Shown one piece after another: positions 48,258-56,921 of a stretch of DNA of 56,921 nucleotides. The position numbers and the translations under genes are program-made. The notes below the pieces were generated by a model that had not been told where the DNA came from, did not search any database, and was given only the letters and a program-made list of their open reading frames with translations. The stretch's first letter is position 1. Every line of letters begins with the position of its first letter. This stretch comes from an uncultured Nitrososphaerota archaeon (GTDB taxonomy: Archaea > Asgardarchaeota > Njordarchaeia > Njordarchaeales > Panguiarchaeaceae), in contig CAZWPQ010000013.1 in the NCBI GenBank assembly GCA_964636085.1, positions 1 through 56,921 of the forward strand. The letters run 5' to 3'.

Positions 48258-51200
48258 CTTCAAGTCTGTGCACATCGATACTCCATACGACAAATCTTAT
48301 GGCGATGTCATCAACACGGCACGCATCGTATTGGCAACCACAATCACTAGTATGCGCTTGGTTTGTATTCACGTATATCACTACTGATTTCTCGTCAACA
48401 TTTCCTGCCTTATCCACTCCCTTTACAACTATTGTGTGTGTACCATCCACTAGGGTCACCGTGTATGTTGTATCGTATGTCTTTATCCAGTCCCCTGAGT
48501 CTATTCTTACCAAGTAGTAGTCTATTCCAAAATTATCCTCTCCACTCCATTGTATAATAACTTGACTTGTTGTTAATACTTCACCATCGGATGGAGTTAT
48601 TATGGATATCTGTGGTGGCGTCGTATCTATATATATTACTAGTCTCGAAACGACAATATTTCCAGCAATGTCCTCGGCTTTTATATCGATCGTGTGTTGT
48701 CCTTCGTTCAATGCTGTTTGATAATTTGATTGTCTACCTAGGTATACCCATTCCCCACCATCAATACATATACTGGCTAACGCAACCATATTATCATCCA
48801 TCGACCATGTTATAGTAAGCGTGGTGGATGATAAATATGATTGATTATTGGGAGACACTATGCCGAGTGTCGGGTTTATCCTATCCACTATTAGCATAGT
48901 ATAGGTTATATTATAATTACCCGCCAAATCGACGGCTTTCAGATAAACCGTATATATTCCATCAGACAACGAGTTATCTATGCTTATGCTTGTGTTTTTT
49001 CCGACGTATTGCCACTCACCATCCCCTATTTTCACTAGATAATATGCTATACCAACACTATCAGTCCCACTCCAAGAAATAGTCACTTCGGATTGAGCAG
49101 AATTTAACGTGTAGCTATTCGAGGAGTATTCTACATTAGGAGGAGTAAAATCTACGATAACGCCTATTGTTGATATATTATAGTTATCATATACATCAAC
49201 AACTTTTATGTCAATTGTATGATATCCCTCTAATAGGCCTGTTATCTCGTAGCATGAAACATTGCCTATGCTGACCCAAGAGCCTCCATCAATCCTTACC
49301 TCAGTATGATCAATACCCGAATTATCATCCGCACTCCAACCAATGACAACTGTATCATGGGCGCTATATATAGTATAGTTATAACTGCCACCACTTACGG
49401 GCTCATTGAATATAACTTTGGGGGGTTCACTTATCGAAACTATTATTTGAGTAGTATTTGAGTCGCCTTTGGTATCCGTAGACCTTATGTAGATCACATG
49501 ATCGCCGTCTGGGACATCGTAGAATGTATATTGTGTGCTTTTACCCACATTTATCCATGTTCCATCATCTAGTCGTATTTCGTTGTAATCTATTCCATCC
49601 TCATCACTAGCGTTCCACTCTACAAGTATTGTAGACGTATTCAGTACACTATTGTTCTCAGGGTTAATCACTTCTATCGTCGGAGGACCGTTGGAGGGAG
49701 AGGATGGATTAAGTGGGTCGGATTCATATATTACCACCTCCTCCCAGTCGTTGTATCCATCGTCGTCGCTATCGGTATCGTATATGTCTAATCCATGATT
49801 CTGTTCATATATGTCGCTTAAGCCATCACCATCTGTGTCGAATGCTCCTGTTTTTCTCTCCCAGTCATATCCGAATACATCCCTAAAGTAAACCGCTACA
49901 TCTGTAGAGAATATTGCTATTCCCTCCTCTCTATTCGGGGTCGATGTTATGCCCAGACCCGTATTAGACCAGTTACTACTTCCTATGTATATTATTTTGT
50001 CATCAATTATTATTGCCTTTGTATGCAGACCGAGATCTGACGGTATATAGATAACATTTATTCCTCTCCTCTCTAACATATCCTTTGTTTCTGTCTCCCC
50101 TGAGTTTATAATCGCTAAAACCGTTACTCCCCTTTGTACAGCTGCACCCAGCTCGTCTAGAAGCGAGGTAAGGAGTCTAGAATTATTTCTTGTATATGGG
50201 AACAGCATATATATGAAATGTTTCGCATCCCTAATCAGCCTCTTCATGTGGTAGTATACTGACTCTGGACCAAGCATCGGTAAATACTTAGCAGTGGTTG
50301 TGACTGTTGTTGGTTGGAACTTAGGCACATATGTTCCTGGAGAATCGACACTCCCCGCTAGTTGGGGGTTCTGTGCATAGTACTCTTGGGCGATATCAAA
50401 ATCATTAAGAAATACCTCTAAGAATAGATCCACAACATATTCATTGTTTATTATTACTCCAAAATCCCTGTTTCCATTAGAATTGTTGTTATATGAGAAG
50501 TCCACAGGTTTGAAGTTTCCAGTTAATATCATTAATGACTTATTATCGATAATTATGTATTTTGCATGTGATACATAATAGTAGTCCTCATTCGCCCATT
50601 TAACCGTCGCACCTAGTTCATTCACCAACTTGTCGGCATAATAGTAGTTTTGCTCACTATTTTGCCCCGCAACTGGATACCTCTCGATTATAGCTACTAT
50701 CTTTACTGAGGGCTTTTGTGTGGTTAAATTTTTTAGAAGCCCATATATATAGTCATGGGTGAATTGATATACATTAAAGTAAACGGTCTCATTCGCAGAC
50801 ATTATAAAATCTTCTAGGACACGATACGCGTTATCTGGATTACAGAACAATTTTATTGTGTCACTACTCTCGGGAATCACATCAGTAGCATCGTCAACAA
50901 ACTCCTCTAATAGCCACTCAAATACACCCAATGCAAACATCTTATTATCAAAATCGAAATTTAGATACAAGTACTGTGATGTGAGAAGAAAATTCGTTCC
51001 CCCACTTGCAAATATACGACCACCATCGGCTATATCAACAGCCGCAAAGAATACAACATCCGTGCCAGTAACAACAATGTTACCGCTGGAATCATTCGCA
51101 AATGTCGCATCGCCGGCGGGATCGGTGTCCCCAGTGCCTATTATCTGGACATCAGCCGATGTTATGCTTAACGATGTAGACTGCATCTTTATGGTATATG

Positions 51201-51807
51201 TGCCATTGTCGCTTAGCTTGTCGGCTAATTCATTGTTGCCCCATGTATGCACAAGGGGATAATCTTCTCTGTAATCATAATCATCAAGATCATAGACTGT
51301 TACATCAAGCCATTCTATCCCGAACTCAGAGGTTATCTGATTGAAATATGCTGGATCAAAATATGCTGCCTTCGTTGCCGTTATTAATAACGCTCCGCCA
51401 CCATAGATAAAATTCTTTATGGCTGTTATCTCGTCTGTGGTTAATCCTATGGATTCATCTATGTCGACAAGTATAAGTATACCATAGTTGGATAGAAGAG
51501 CATCAGATAGAGTACCGTAATTTATGTCCACCTCTACCCAGAATGTTCTTTCTATATCTCTTAAAAATTGGGATAGTTTGGAGGCATTATAATACTGTCC
51601 ATGACCATTATCGAATAATACTTTTATCGAAACATCGCGTTGCAAGTCGTAGTATCTAGCCCCAAGCTTTCCGTCGTATGAATAATTTGGTAATGATATA
51701 GATTGATTATTCTCCCCCTTATTATCGCCGATAGGGTTGACCGACAAAAGAGCCGCCATGAAGAATATAAGTAATAAATAAACATACCTAATCCCCAACA
51801 AAAACAC
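48250..51807 (-). CDS. Secreted multidomain phospholipase D-family protein (DUF4350/GldG-like + 2 HKD + TSP3-like + about 5 Ig-like domains)
   Basis: Signal peptide, VLFDNGHGQ domain, HAKYIIID and HTKAIIID..GSSNW, DTDGDGL repeats, and DxxPPxI..ID.G.W Ig repeats. Confidence 0.85.
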   Translation of the reverse strand: MFLLGIRYVYLLLIFFMAALLSVNPIGDNKGENNQSISLPNYSYDGKLGARYYDLQRDVSIKVLFDNGHGQYYNASKLSQFLRDIERTFWVEVDINYGTLSDALLSNYGILILVDIDESIGLTTDEITAIKNFIYGGGALLITATKAAYFDPAYFNQITSEFGIEWLDVTVYDLDDYDYREDYPLVHTWGNNELADKLSDNGTYTIKMQSTSLSITSADVQIIGTGDTDPAGDATFANDSSGNIVVTGTDVVFFAAVDIADGGRIFASGGTNFLLTSQYLYLNFDFDNKMFALGVFEWLLEEFVDDATDVIPESSDTIKLFCNPDNAYRVLEDFIMSANETVYFNVYQFTHDYIYGLLKNLTTQKPSVKIVAIIERYPVAGQNSEQNYYYADKLVNELGATVKWANEDYYYVSHAKYIIIDNKSLMILTGNFKPVDFSYNNNSNGNRDFGVIINNEYVVDLFLEVFLNDFDIAQEYYAQNPQLAGSVDSPGTYVPKFQPTTVTTTAKYLPMLGPESVYYHMKRLIRDAKHFIYMLFPYTRNNSRLLTSLLDELGAAVQRGVTVLAIINSGETETKDMLERRGINVIYIPSDLGLHTKAIIIDDKIIYIGSSNWSNTGLGITSTPNREEGIAIFSTDVAVYFRDVFGYDWERKTGAFDTDGDGLSDIYEQNHGLDIYDTDSDDDGYNDWEEVVIYESDPLNPSSPSNGPPTIEVINPENNSVLNTSTILVEWNASDEDGIDYNEIRLDDGTWINVGKSTQYTFYDVPDGDHVIYIRSTDTKGDSNTTQIIVSISEPPKVIFNEPVSGGSYNYTIYSAHDTVVIGWSADDNSGIDHTEVRIDGGSWVSIGNVSCYEITGLLEGYHTIDIKVVDVYDNYNISTIGVIVDFTPPNVEYSSNSYTLNSAQSEVTISWSGTDSVGIAYYLVKIGDGEWQYVGKNTSISIDNSLSDGIYTVYLKAVDLAGNYNITYTMLIVDRINPTLGIVSPNNQSYLSSTTLTITWSMDDNMVALASICIDGGEWVYLGRQSNYQTALNEGQHTIDIKAEDIAGNIVVSRLVIYIDTTPPQISIITPSDGEVLTTSQVIIQWSGEDNFGIDYYLVRIDSGDWIKTYDTTYTVTLVDGTHTIVVKGVDKAGNVDEKSVVIYVNTNQAHTSDCGCQYDACRVDDIAIRFVVWSIDVHRLEVN

Positions 51808-51873
51808 CTAATATTTCAAAAAATTAAATTAATAAAACGCTTAGTAATACGTTCCTTATAGTTTTTTATTGCT

Positions 51874-53094
51874 CTAGAGCTTAAGATCATATGTCTTCAG
51901 TTGTGATAGAACATAATCCCTTGTTTCTTTGGGGTAGGGGAACTTACCAACAATTTTACCGTTTTCCATATACTTTTCTAAGATTTGACTAAAGTTCTTC
52001 CCTAAATCTTCATTCCATGGAGTTACCTTCACCACTAGCTTATCGCTATTCTTTAACCATACTTTTTTCCTTCCACTAAACTTTCCTCTCTTGGATATTG
52101 GTACCCACTTATCATCCTTAAATATAGCAACTATATCCATGGCATAGTCTACATATGGAGCATTAGCAATTGCGGATCCTATACCAAATCCATCCGCACC
52201 TGCATTGATGAGTTCTCTGATATTATGTTCATTTATGCCTCCCGATAGCATTACCTTAACCTTATCATACCCCCTCTGCATAAGCTTCCACTTCACTTCT
52301 CTCAATATATATGAGAAGTCTCCCTTTCTGCTACCCGGTGTGTCCAGCCTTACACCATAAATCCTATCGCACCCAACTGCCTCTACGGCCCTAATTGTTT
52401 CTTCGACTTCATCAGAAAATGTATCACACAACATTATGCGTGGGACATCGCTAGGCATATATTTGTCAAAAGCAACCCAGCCTAGGGAATGATCACCCTT
52501 CTCAACCCTATATATTATCAAAAGAGAATGAGGCATTGTGCCGACAGGTTTTAATCCCAATAATTTTGCCCCCAAAACACATGATACCGCATCAAACCCC
52601 CCAATATATGAGTAATAATCACAGAATGGAGCAAGGGCTGGATGTGTTCTACGTGCTCCAAAGTTTATTATTGGTGTATCACCTGCAAGTTTCCTTAACC
52701 TAGCCGCCTTTGTCGCATAGCCACTAGCAGCGGCCAAGAAACCTAGAATTGTGGTTTCATATATGACAAACTCGGAGTATGGACCCACAATAAGCATAAC
52801 AGGTACACGCACCCCCTCAACATCCCTTGGGGTAAGAATTGTTCCCTCTGGGACAGCATATAAATCTAGGGACATTCCCTCAAGTAATTTGAGTACTTCT
52901 CTTAATCCAGCAAAAACAAACCAACTGTAACTACTAGGCAGAGAACTAACTGTGATTTCGGCGGCGACTATAGTCCGGTCGAGCCCATCTCTCTCCAGTA
53001 TTTCCTTCGTCCTTATAAAGTATATATCGGTGATAAAGCCATTTTTTATCTCTTCATGACGAGGAAGTATAAATATCCTATCATCAGTACGCAT
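51874..53094 (-). CDS. pncB: Nicotinate phosphoribosyltransferase
   Basis: TDIYF, FGARRTHP, GTMPH, DTF, GVRLDTP, SGG and KRGKFSG. Confidence 0.92.
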   Translation of the reverse strand: MRTDDRIFILPRHEEIKNGFITDIYFIRTKEILERDGLDRTIVAAEITVSSLPSSYSWFVFAGLREVLKLLEGMSLDLYAVPEGTILTPRDVEGVRVPVMLIVGPYSEFVIYETTILGFLAAASGYATKAARLRKLAGDTPIINFGARRTHPALAPFCDYYSYIGGFDAVSCVLGAKLLGLKPVGTMPHSLLIIYRVEKGDHSLGWVAFDKYMPSDVPRIMLCDTFSDEVEETIRAVEAVGCDRIYGVRLDTPGSRKGDFSYILREVKWKLMQRGYDKVKVMLSGGINEHNIRELINAGADGFGIGSAIANAPYVDYAMDIVAIFKDDKWVPISKRGKFSGRKKVWLKNSDKLVVKVTPWNEDLGKNFSQILEKYMENGKIVGKFPYPKETRDYVLSQLKTYDLKL

Positions 53095-53182
53095 GCCACA
53101 CACCAATAAAACATAAAATTATCATAACTATAAAACTTTGGGAAAAATATGCATGGATACATGGTGAACAATGAAGTAGAAT

Positions 53183-53240
53183 TCATCAGACCGTGGAGCT
53201 CTCTTCACAGATCCGAACTCGAACTTCTCATCATCCCATC
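53183..53240 (-). ncRNA. Archaeal box C/D guide sRNA
   Basis: Minus strand: C box ATGATGA (53234-53228), 12-nt guide GAAGTTCGAGTT, D' CGGA, C' GTGAAGA, 12-nt guide GAGCTCCACGGT, D box CTGA (53189-53186). It is a GC-richer island in an AT-rich intergenic region. Confidence 0.8.
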
Positions 53241-53272
53241 AAAATTTAAAAAATGAAAAATAGAAAAATTAG

Positions 53273-56200
53273 CTATTCTGCTCCTTCCTCAGGAGCAAAC
53301 GCCTTAGCCTCAATGCCTAGCTCCTCTAACAATAGACTCTGTATGTACTCCCTCCTACTTGGTGCTGGGTATTCAAATATTCCCTTCTCTATCCTCTTGA
53401 GTAGACCAATGATCTCCTTAACCTCCCATGGCAATGTGTACCAGGAGAGGAACCTATACATGCCATAACCAAACGCCAATACCATTATCGATACCATGGG
53501 ATAGAAGTACATATTGGCCAAGTATATCTCCTTCTTTATGAACGGTATAGTGATCTTTGTTGATCCACTCACATAATCCATTTTGACCGTCTGGTTCAAT
53601 GTTACATAATCAATCTTTTCCACAGGGATATGCCTACCAAAGAGCTCGACACTATAAATCCTCACTTCCACTATCCATGTATATCCTGGCGGAAAGTCGG
53701 CCCAATTGATCTTAGCAGTATATACTCCAGGTATCGTAGACTTCGTTGTTTCTAACAATTTATCAACACCAGCTTCTAGGCTATATATTCTAACACTTAC
53801 ATTTGCATCTTCTATCGGGACGCCTTCATGCTCTATCAGTATCTTTACTTCAGTTACCTTTGCTCTCTCTATAAACTGTATCATCCTCACACTCTCCGGC
53901 AATGGCTCAGCAAAGCTTATATCTATATGAACATTAGTGACAGTTATTGACAATGGCTTCTCCGGTATGTCGTGGAATTCCTTGTAGAAACTTAGCGTCA
54001 CGAGGTAAGGCTCATCAATATTGAGTTTCGTCGTGTCTACTATTAATGCATATCCCTCTCCATATTCCCTAATTTCATAGGAGTCTTCTGGCAATCCACT
54101 TATGATTATATCTACACCCATTATTGCCTCAAGCGTCTTGTTCCTTATTATTGTTATCATTACTGTGACGTTTTCTCCCCACTCCGCAATGACCTCCATC
54201 TCGGACAATTCAACACTACACGCTATGTCATATATCGTTACGGTTGCAAAGTCCTCTATGCTTGCATATACAGACTTGCTTAGGTGCACATATATGGAGA
54301 CGGTTATCGGGAGGGATATATTGCCTATGCTTTGGTCTAATAACAATTCCTCAATGATCTCGGTAGTATTTATGTATATCTCGTAGCTACCATCAGTGGG
54401 GTTATATGCCATGTCGCCGCTCAGGATTATATTGTCGCCATAATAGATGTCATATGTGGCGACGGCATCAGCAATGGTTTCTCCAGTACCGTATACTTGA
54501 TACCATACCTTCAATATCATTGTCTCTCCATATTCAAGCTCGGCCGTCTTTTGGGAGAACACGGCATAAGTGGGTATGGGCTCCACATCCACCCTAACTA
54601 TGACTTGTCCTGGCATGTAGAACATTCTCGTAAGTGTCACATTTACAAGATAGTATGTCTCTATTCCAAGTAATGACGAGTTTACATGGAGTTCATACAT
54701 GTTCGTAGTGGGAACTATGTAGAATGCACCCACTGGAGCAAGTGGTGTAGAGTTGACTGAGATATTTGCATTACGGATGAATGTTCCATTCTTGGCTACT
54801 ATGTAGTATATGGCGACCACGGGTGCTTCGCCCCAGATTACTGTTATGTTTGCCGGCTGGGCATAAGATACTGTCCTGATCTCGGTAACTGTTATTGATA
54901 GAATCTTTGTCTTGTTCACATAGAACATCTTGCCGAAGTATATCTCCACGACATATGTTCCAAGGTATGGCCACGACATATTGATGACACTCGTGGTGTT
55001 GAATATGAAGAAGTAACAGTTACCACTAATGTTATATCCTACTGTACCTCCAACAACAAATGTACCATTATATGTGATTGTATAACGGCGCTCAGCATCC
55101 TCTATTAGGGTCATTTTTTCTGCATCAAGATACCGCAGTATAAATAGGTATGAGTCTCCATACTCCAGGGAGACTGATGTCGCCGATGTCTCTATTATTG
55201 TGTCTCTGGGCTCGATTGTGACTGATATCCATTTCTCCTTTGATTCATAGAAGGTCTTGTTGAATACCACATGTATCGAATAGATGCCGAGGCTGGGCCA
55301 TGACTCGTTCTTATAATGTATAATCTGTGTAGTATTGAATATTAGATAGTAGTAGCTTGTGTTTATATCGCCAGTATAGTTGAATAGTATTGTACCGTTC
55401 ATGACGAGTTCTCCCTCATAGAAAATCTCGAAGTATGCTATAGCGTCTGGGATTAGGGTCTCATTGACAAGGTCTATGTATCTAAATGTGAAGGTCCAGT
55501 TCTCCAAATATTTTACAGAAACGGATGTCTCCGATACATCTAGTATTGCCTCCATAGGCTTAACGGTCACGGTCAGTATTGCAGATTTTTTCTCCCAAAT
55601 CACTTTGCCAGTGGCGGTATATTTCTCAAAGTATACATGTATCTCATAGAGACCTAAATATGGCCAAGAAATATTTATGATCTCCATAGAGTTAAATAGT
55701 AGGTAATATGTTCCCAGAGTCTCATTGAATGCAGTATATGATAGATTACCCCTCTTTACTACCCATCCCTCATACATGATAACGTATGTGGCGTTGGCCC
55801 CTGCAAGCGAGTAATTCTTGTATATGTTGGTGTAGTTCATGTAGAATGTCCATGACTCACCATACCTTATAGTGGCAGACTTCTCAGATAGAGTCAGCAA
55901 AGTCTTCATTGGACTTATAGTAAATGACAATATCAGGGTCTTAGATTCGTGATAGGGCCTACTGAGATATACATGTACGGTTAACGACAAAGGCAACTCC
56001 GTGGCATTAGAGACATTGAACAAATACTCAGTATACATCACCAATTCATAACAATCACACTCATTATTGAACGTGAGGTTTCCGGAATCAATCAAATCAT
56101 CACCATAGTAAACCTTATATGTGGCGTTCGCATCCCTAATAGTATAGTTATCCGTATAGTACCATATCTTGAACGTGAATTTCTCGGGATACTCAACCGT

Positions 56201-56920
56201 GACAGACTTAACCGAAGGAACAGCATATGTCCTTATGGGCCTCACATCCACATAAATAGACACAAAGCCATACCTATAATAGGACCTTGTGAAGTTTATC
56301 TCAACAATATACAGCATCGTCTCCAAGTAATTAGTACAAATGTTCAACTCATATGCATAATCACCAAGACCAAACACAAATGCTTCGGGGGGAACAGTAA
56401 CCAACTGGCCAGTTCTATTGTGCACAGTGATATTCCACGAGGCATCATCAATAAACTTGCCATCACGGGTCCTATTGTAGAATACATACACGGTAAAGTT
56501 GTCGCTCCAAACCAAGGAAACATTTGTAGTGGATGCATAACACGTAGTCTTTACCTCCACAATATCCCACGTAATCCTCAAATATCTAGACTCAAAATGA
56601 TCCTTGCTAAAGTATGTCCTTATTTCATATCTTCCAAGAACACCGAGCACACTGACAATATCACTACTGTTAAGCTCCAACAAATACCTACCATCTGGAA
56701 GCCCAGAAATATTGCCACTAGTAACAAAATTAGTCGCATACCAAACCTCATATGTAGGAACAACACCGACAATAGGCTCACTAGGAGACTTGTCAGTCCT
56801 GTTATACCAGAAGTAAATACTGATATTGAGACCCCACTCCGTCTCCGCATATGTAAGCGAAGCAGTCAACACAGTGGGTATCGGGGCAACATACACAGTA
56901 ACAGTCACAGTTTGAGACTG
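53273..56920 (-). CDS. Very large membrane-anchored surface/S-layer-like glycoprotein with ~110-aa Ig-like repeats (5' end outside the window)
   Basis: The frame is open to the window edge. Repeated T......V.YG....F...Y......I.DA...Y units, many N-x-S/T sequons, and a C-terminal TM with a cytoplasmic tail. Confidence 0.85.
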   Translation of the reverse strand, partial: QSQTVTVTVYVAPIPTVLTASLTYAETEWGLNISIYFWYNRTDKSPSEPIVGVVPTYEVWYATNFVTSGNISGLPDGRYLLELNSSDIVSVLGVLGRYEIRTYFSKDHFESRYLRITWDIVEVKTTCYASTTNVSLVWSDNFTVYVFYNRTRDGKFIDDASWNITVHNRTGQLVTVPPEAFVFGLGDYAYELNICTNYLETMLYIVEINFTRSYYRYGFVSIYVDVRPIRTYAVPSVKSVTVEYPEKFTFKIWYYTDNYTIRDANATYKVYYGDDLIDSGNLTFNNECDCYELVMYTEYLFNVSNATELPLSLTVHVYLSRPYHESKTLILSFTISPMKTLLTLSEKSATIRYGESWTFYMNYTNIYKNYSLAGANATYVIMYEGWVVKRGNLSYTAFNETLGTYYLLFNSMEIINISWPYLGLYEIHVYFEKYTATGKVIWEKKSAILTVTVKPMEAILDVSETSVSVKYLENWTFTFRYIDLVNETLIPDAIAYFEIFYEGELVMNGTILFNYTGDINTSYYYLIFNTTQIIHYKNESWPSLGIYSIHVVFNKTFYESKEKWISVTIEPRDTIIETSATSVSLEYGDSYLFILRYLDAEKMTLIEDAERRYTITYNGTFVVGGTVGYNISGNCYFFIFNTTSVINMSWPYLGTYVVEIYFGKMFYVNKTKILSITVTEIRTVSYAQPANITVIWGEAPVVAIYYIVAKNGTFIRNANISVNSTPLAPVGAFYIVPTTNMYELHVNSSLLGIETYYLVNVTLTRMFYMPGQVIVRVDVEPIPTYAVFSQKTAELEYGETMILKVWYQVYGTGETIADAVATYDIYYGDNIILSGDMAYNPTDGSYEIYINTTEIIEELLLDQSIGNISLPITVSIYVHLSKSVYASIEDFATVTIYDIACSVELSEMEVIAEWGENVTVMITIIRNKTLEAIMGVDIIISGLPEDSYEIREYGEGYALIVDTTKLNIDEPYLVTLSFYKEFHDIPEKPLSITVTNVHIDISFAEPLPESVRMIQFIERAKVTEVKILIEHEGVPIEDANVSVRIYSLEAGVDKLLETTKSTIPGVYTAKINWADFPPGYTWIVEVRIYSVELFGRHIPVEKIDYVTLNQTVKMDYVSGSTKITIPFIKKEIYLANMYFYPMVSIMVLAFGYGMYRFLSWYTLPWEVKEIIGLLKRIEKGIFEYPAPSRREYIQSLLLEELGIEAKAFAPEEGAE

Positions 56921-56921
56921 A

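Noticed and set aside
1-56921. CRISPR arrays, tRNA/rRNA genes, transposases or integrases
   Set aside because: No regularly spaced DNA repeats, cloverleaf or long GC-rich structural RNA, or DDE/tyrosine recombinase motifs were seen. The repeats present are protein-coding.

Overview
AT-rich archaeal chromosomal segment with GGTG/GGAGG ribosome-binding sites and T-rich terminators. The gene content suggests a TACK/Asgard-type archaeon (inference). It carries about 45 densely packed genes, mostly on the minus strand. These include several modular membrane-anchored surface proteins (FG-GAP beta-propellers, a NosD/beta-helix protein and a phospholipase D, all with DxDxDG Ca-binding repeats, plus a giant Ig-like repeat protein), two ABC exporter operons, two paralogous CDF-NifX transporters, and amino-acid, histidine and NAD metabolism genes (hutU, pncB, ndk, sirtuin, amidohydrolases). 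There is also a set of protein-modification-type genes: a Urm1-like ubiquitin-like protein, a JAMM isopeptidase, a GCS2 carboxylate-amine ligase, a transglutaminase-like enzyme and a gamma-glutamylcyclotransferase fusion. The best candidate for an undescribed system is a translationally coupled pair at 34019-36285: a Cdc48/p97 N-domain-vWA fusion with no ATPase, whose domain order recalls the N-terminus of DEPDC5/Iml1, followed by a GCS2-family ligase. Features missed or split by the ORF track: a truncated glutamate-synthase-family gene at the left edge, a box C/D sRNA (about 53183-53240, minus) with a probable 23S rRNA target, a primase-fusion gene interrupted by one in-frame TAG, and a decayed vapBC locus. 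I saw no CRISPR array, tRNA, rRNA or IS element. All family assignments come from motif recognition by eye, not from database searches.
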